A DNA stretch of 49,695 bases from Octopus bimaculoides (Eukaryota). The stretch is taken from the NCBI RefSeq assembly GCF_001194135.2, contig NC_068981.1, positions 123,664,130-123,713,824 on the forward strand, in the 5' to 3' direction. Position numbers and translations under genes: made by a program. The notes beneath the pieces were generated by a model. It made no database searches. It had not been told where the DNA came from and saw nothing but the letters and a program-made list of their open reading frames with translations. Positions 49,559 to 49,695 of this stretch are shown here, one piece after another. Numbering within the stretch: position 1 is the stretch's first letter; each line of letters begins with the position of its first letter.

Positions 49559-49630
49559 TTGCCTGTGGCTTCGAACCCACACCTCAAGTTACCCAATTGT
49601 AGCTTTAGACGATGTTGCTCGGGAGCCAAT
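49559..49630 (-). pseudogene. Possible degenerate tRNA-derived relic
   Basis: Minus strand has GTGTGGGTTCGAAGCCAC (T-arm/B-box-like) and a weak GAGC..GTCTAAAGC D-arm-like segment; no full cloverleaf. Confidence 0.25.
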
Positions 49631-49654
49631 ATTCCAAGTGAGAATTATATATAT

Positions 49655-49695
<41 letters not shown>

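Noticed and set aside
1-49695. CRISPR arrays, rRNA genes, intact tRNA genes
   Set aside because: None seen; all tRNA-like segments are SINE or LTR heads with broken cloverleafs

Overview
AT-rich, microsatellite-dense metazoan DNA with several (TA)n-flanked assembly gaps. The SINE repertoire resembles that of octopus (Octopus sp.); this is recognition from memory, not a search result. I found no host protein-coding gene I can support, so the window looks intronic or intergenic and consists mostly of degenerate mobile DNA. It holds Penelope-like elements (three with GIY-YIG remnants), a 5'-truncated Hero-clade non-LTR element with a 63-bp flanking direct repeat, R4/Dong-type LINE pieces, a Ty3/Gypsy pol+PPT+LTR remnant, an internally deleted mariner, a truncated Tc1, a Helitron-like end and four tRNA-SINE families. 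The most interesting signal is a set of small hammerhead-ribozyme (HHR) motifs. (i) Four copies of a module [tRNA-like A/B-box head]-(TAA)n-[minimal type I HHR] form the pseudo-LTR of a Penelope element. (ii) An intact-core HHR with a long stem II lies at 22486-22559. (iii) A perfectly folded HHR topology at 22750-22800(-) has a core reading G3...C8, the compensatory swap of the C3:G8 tertiary pair. There are also several near-perfect DNA palindromes (40-bp and 118-bp arms), a ~420-bp inverted repeat pair and a structured 3' UTR motif present twice. All alignments and folds were done by eye.
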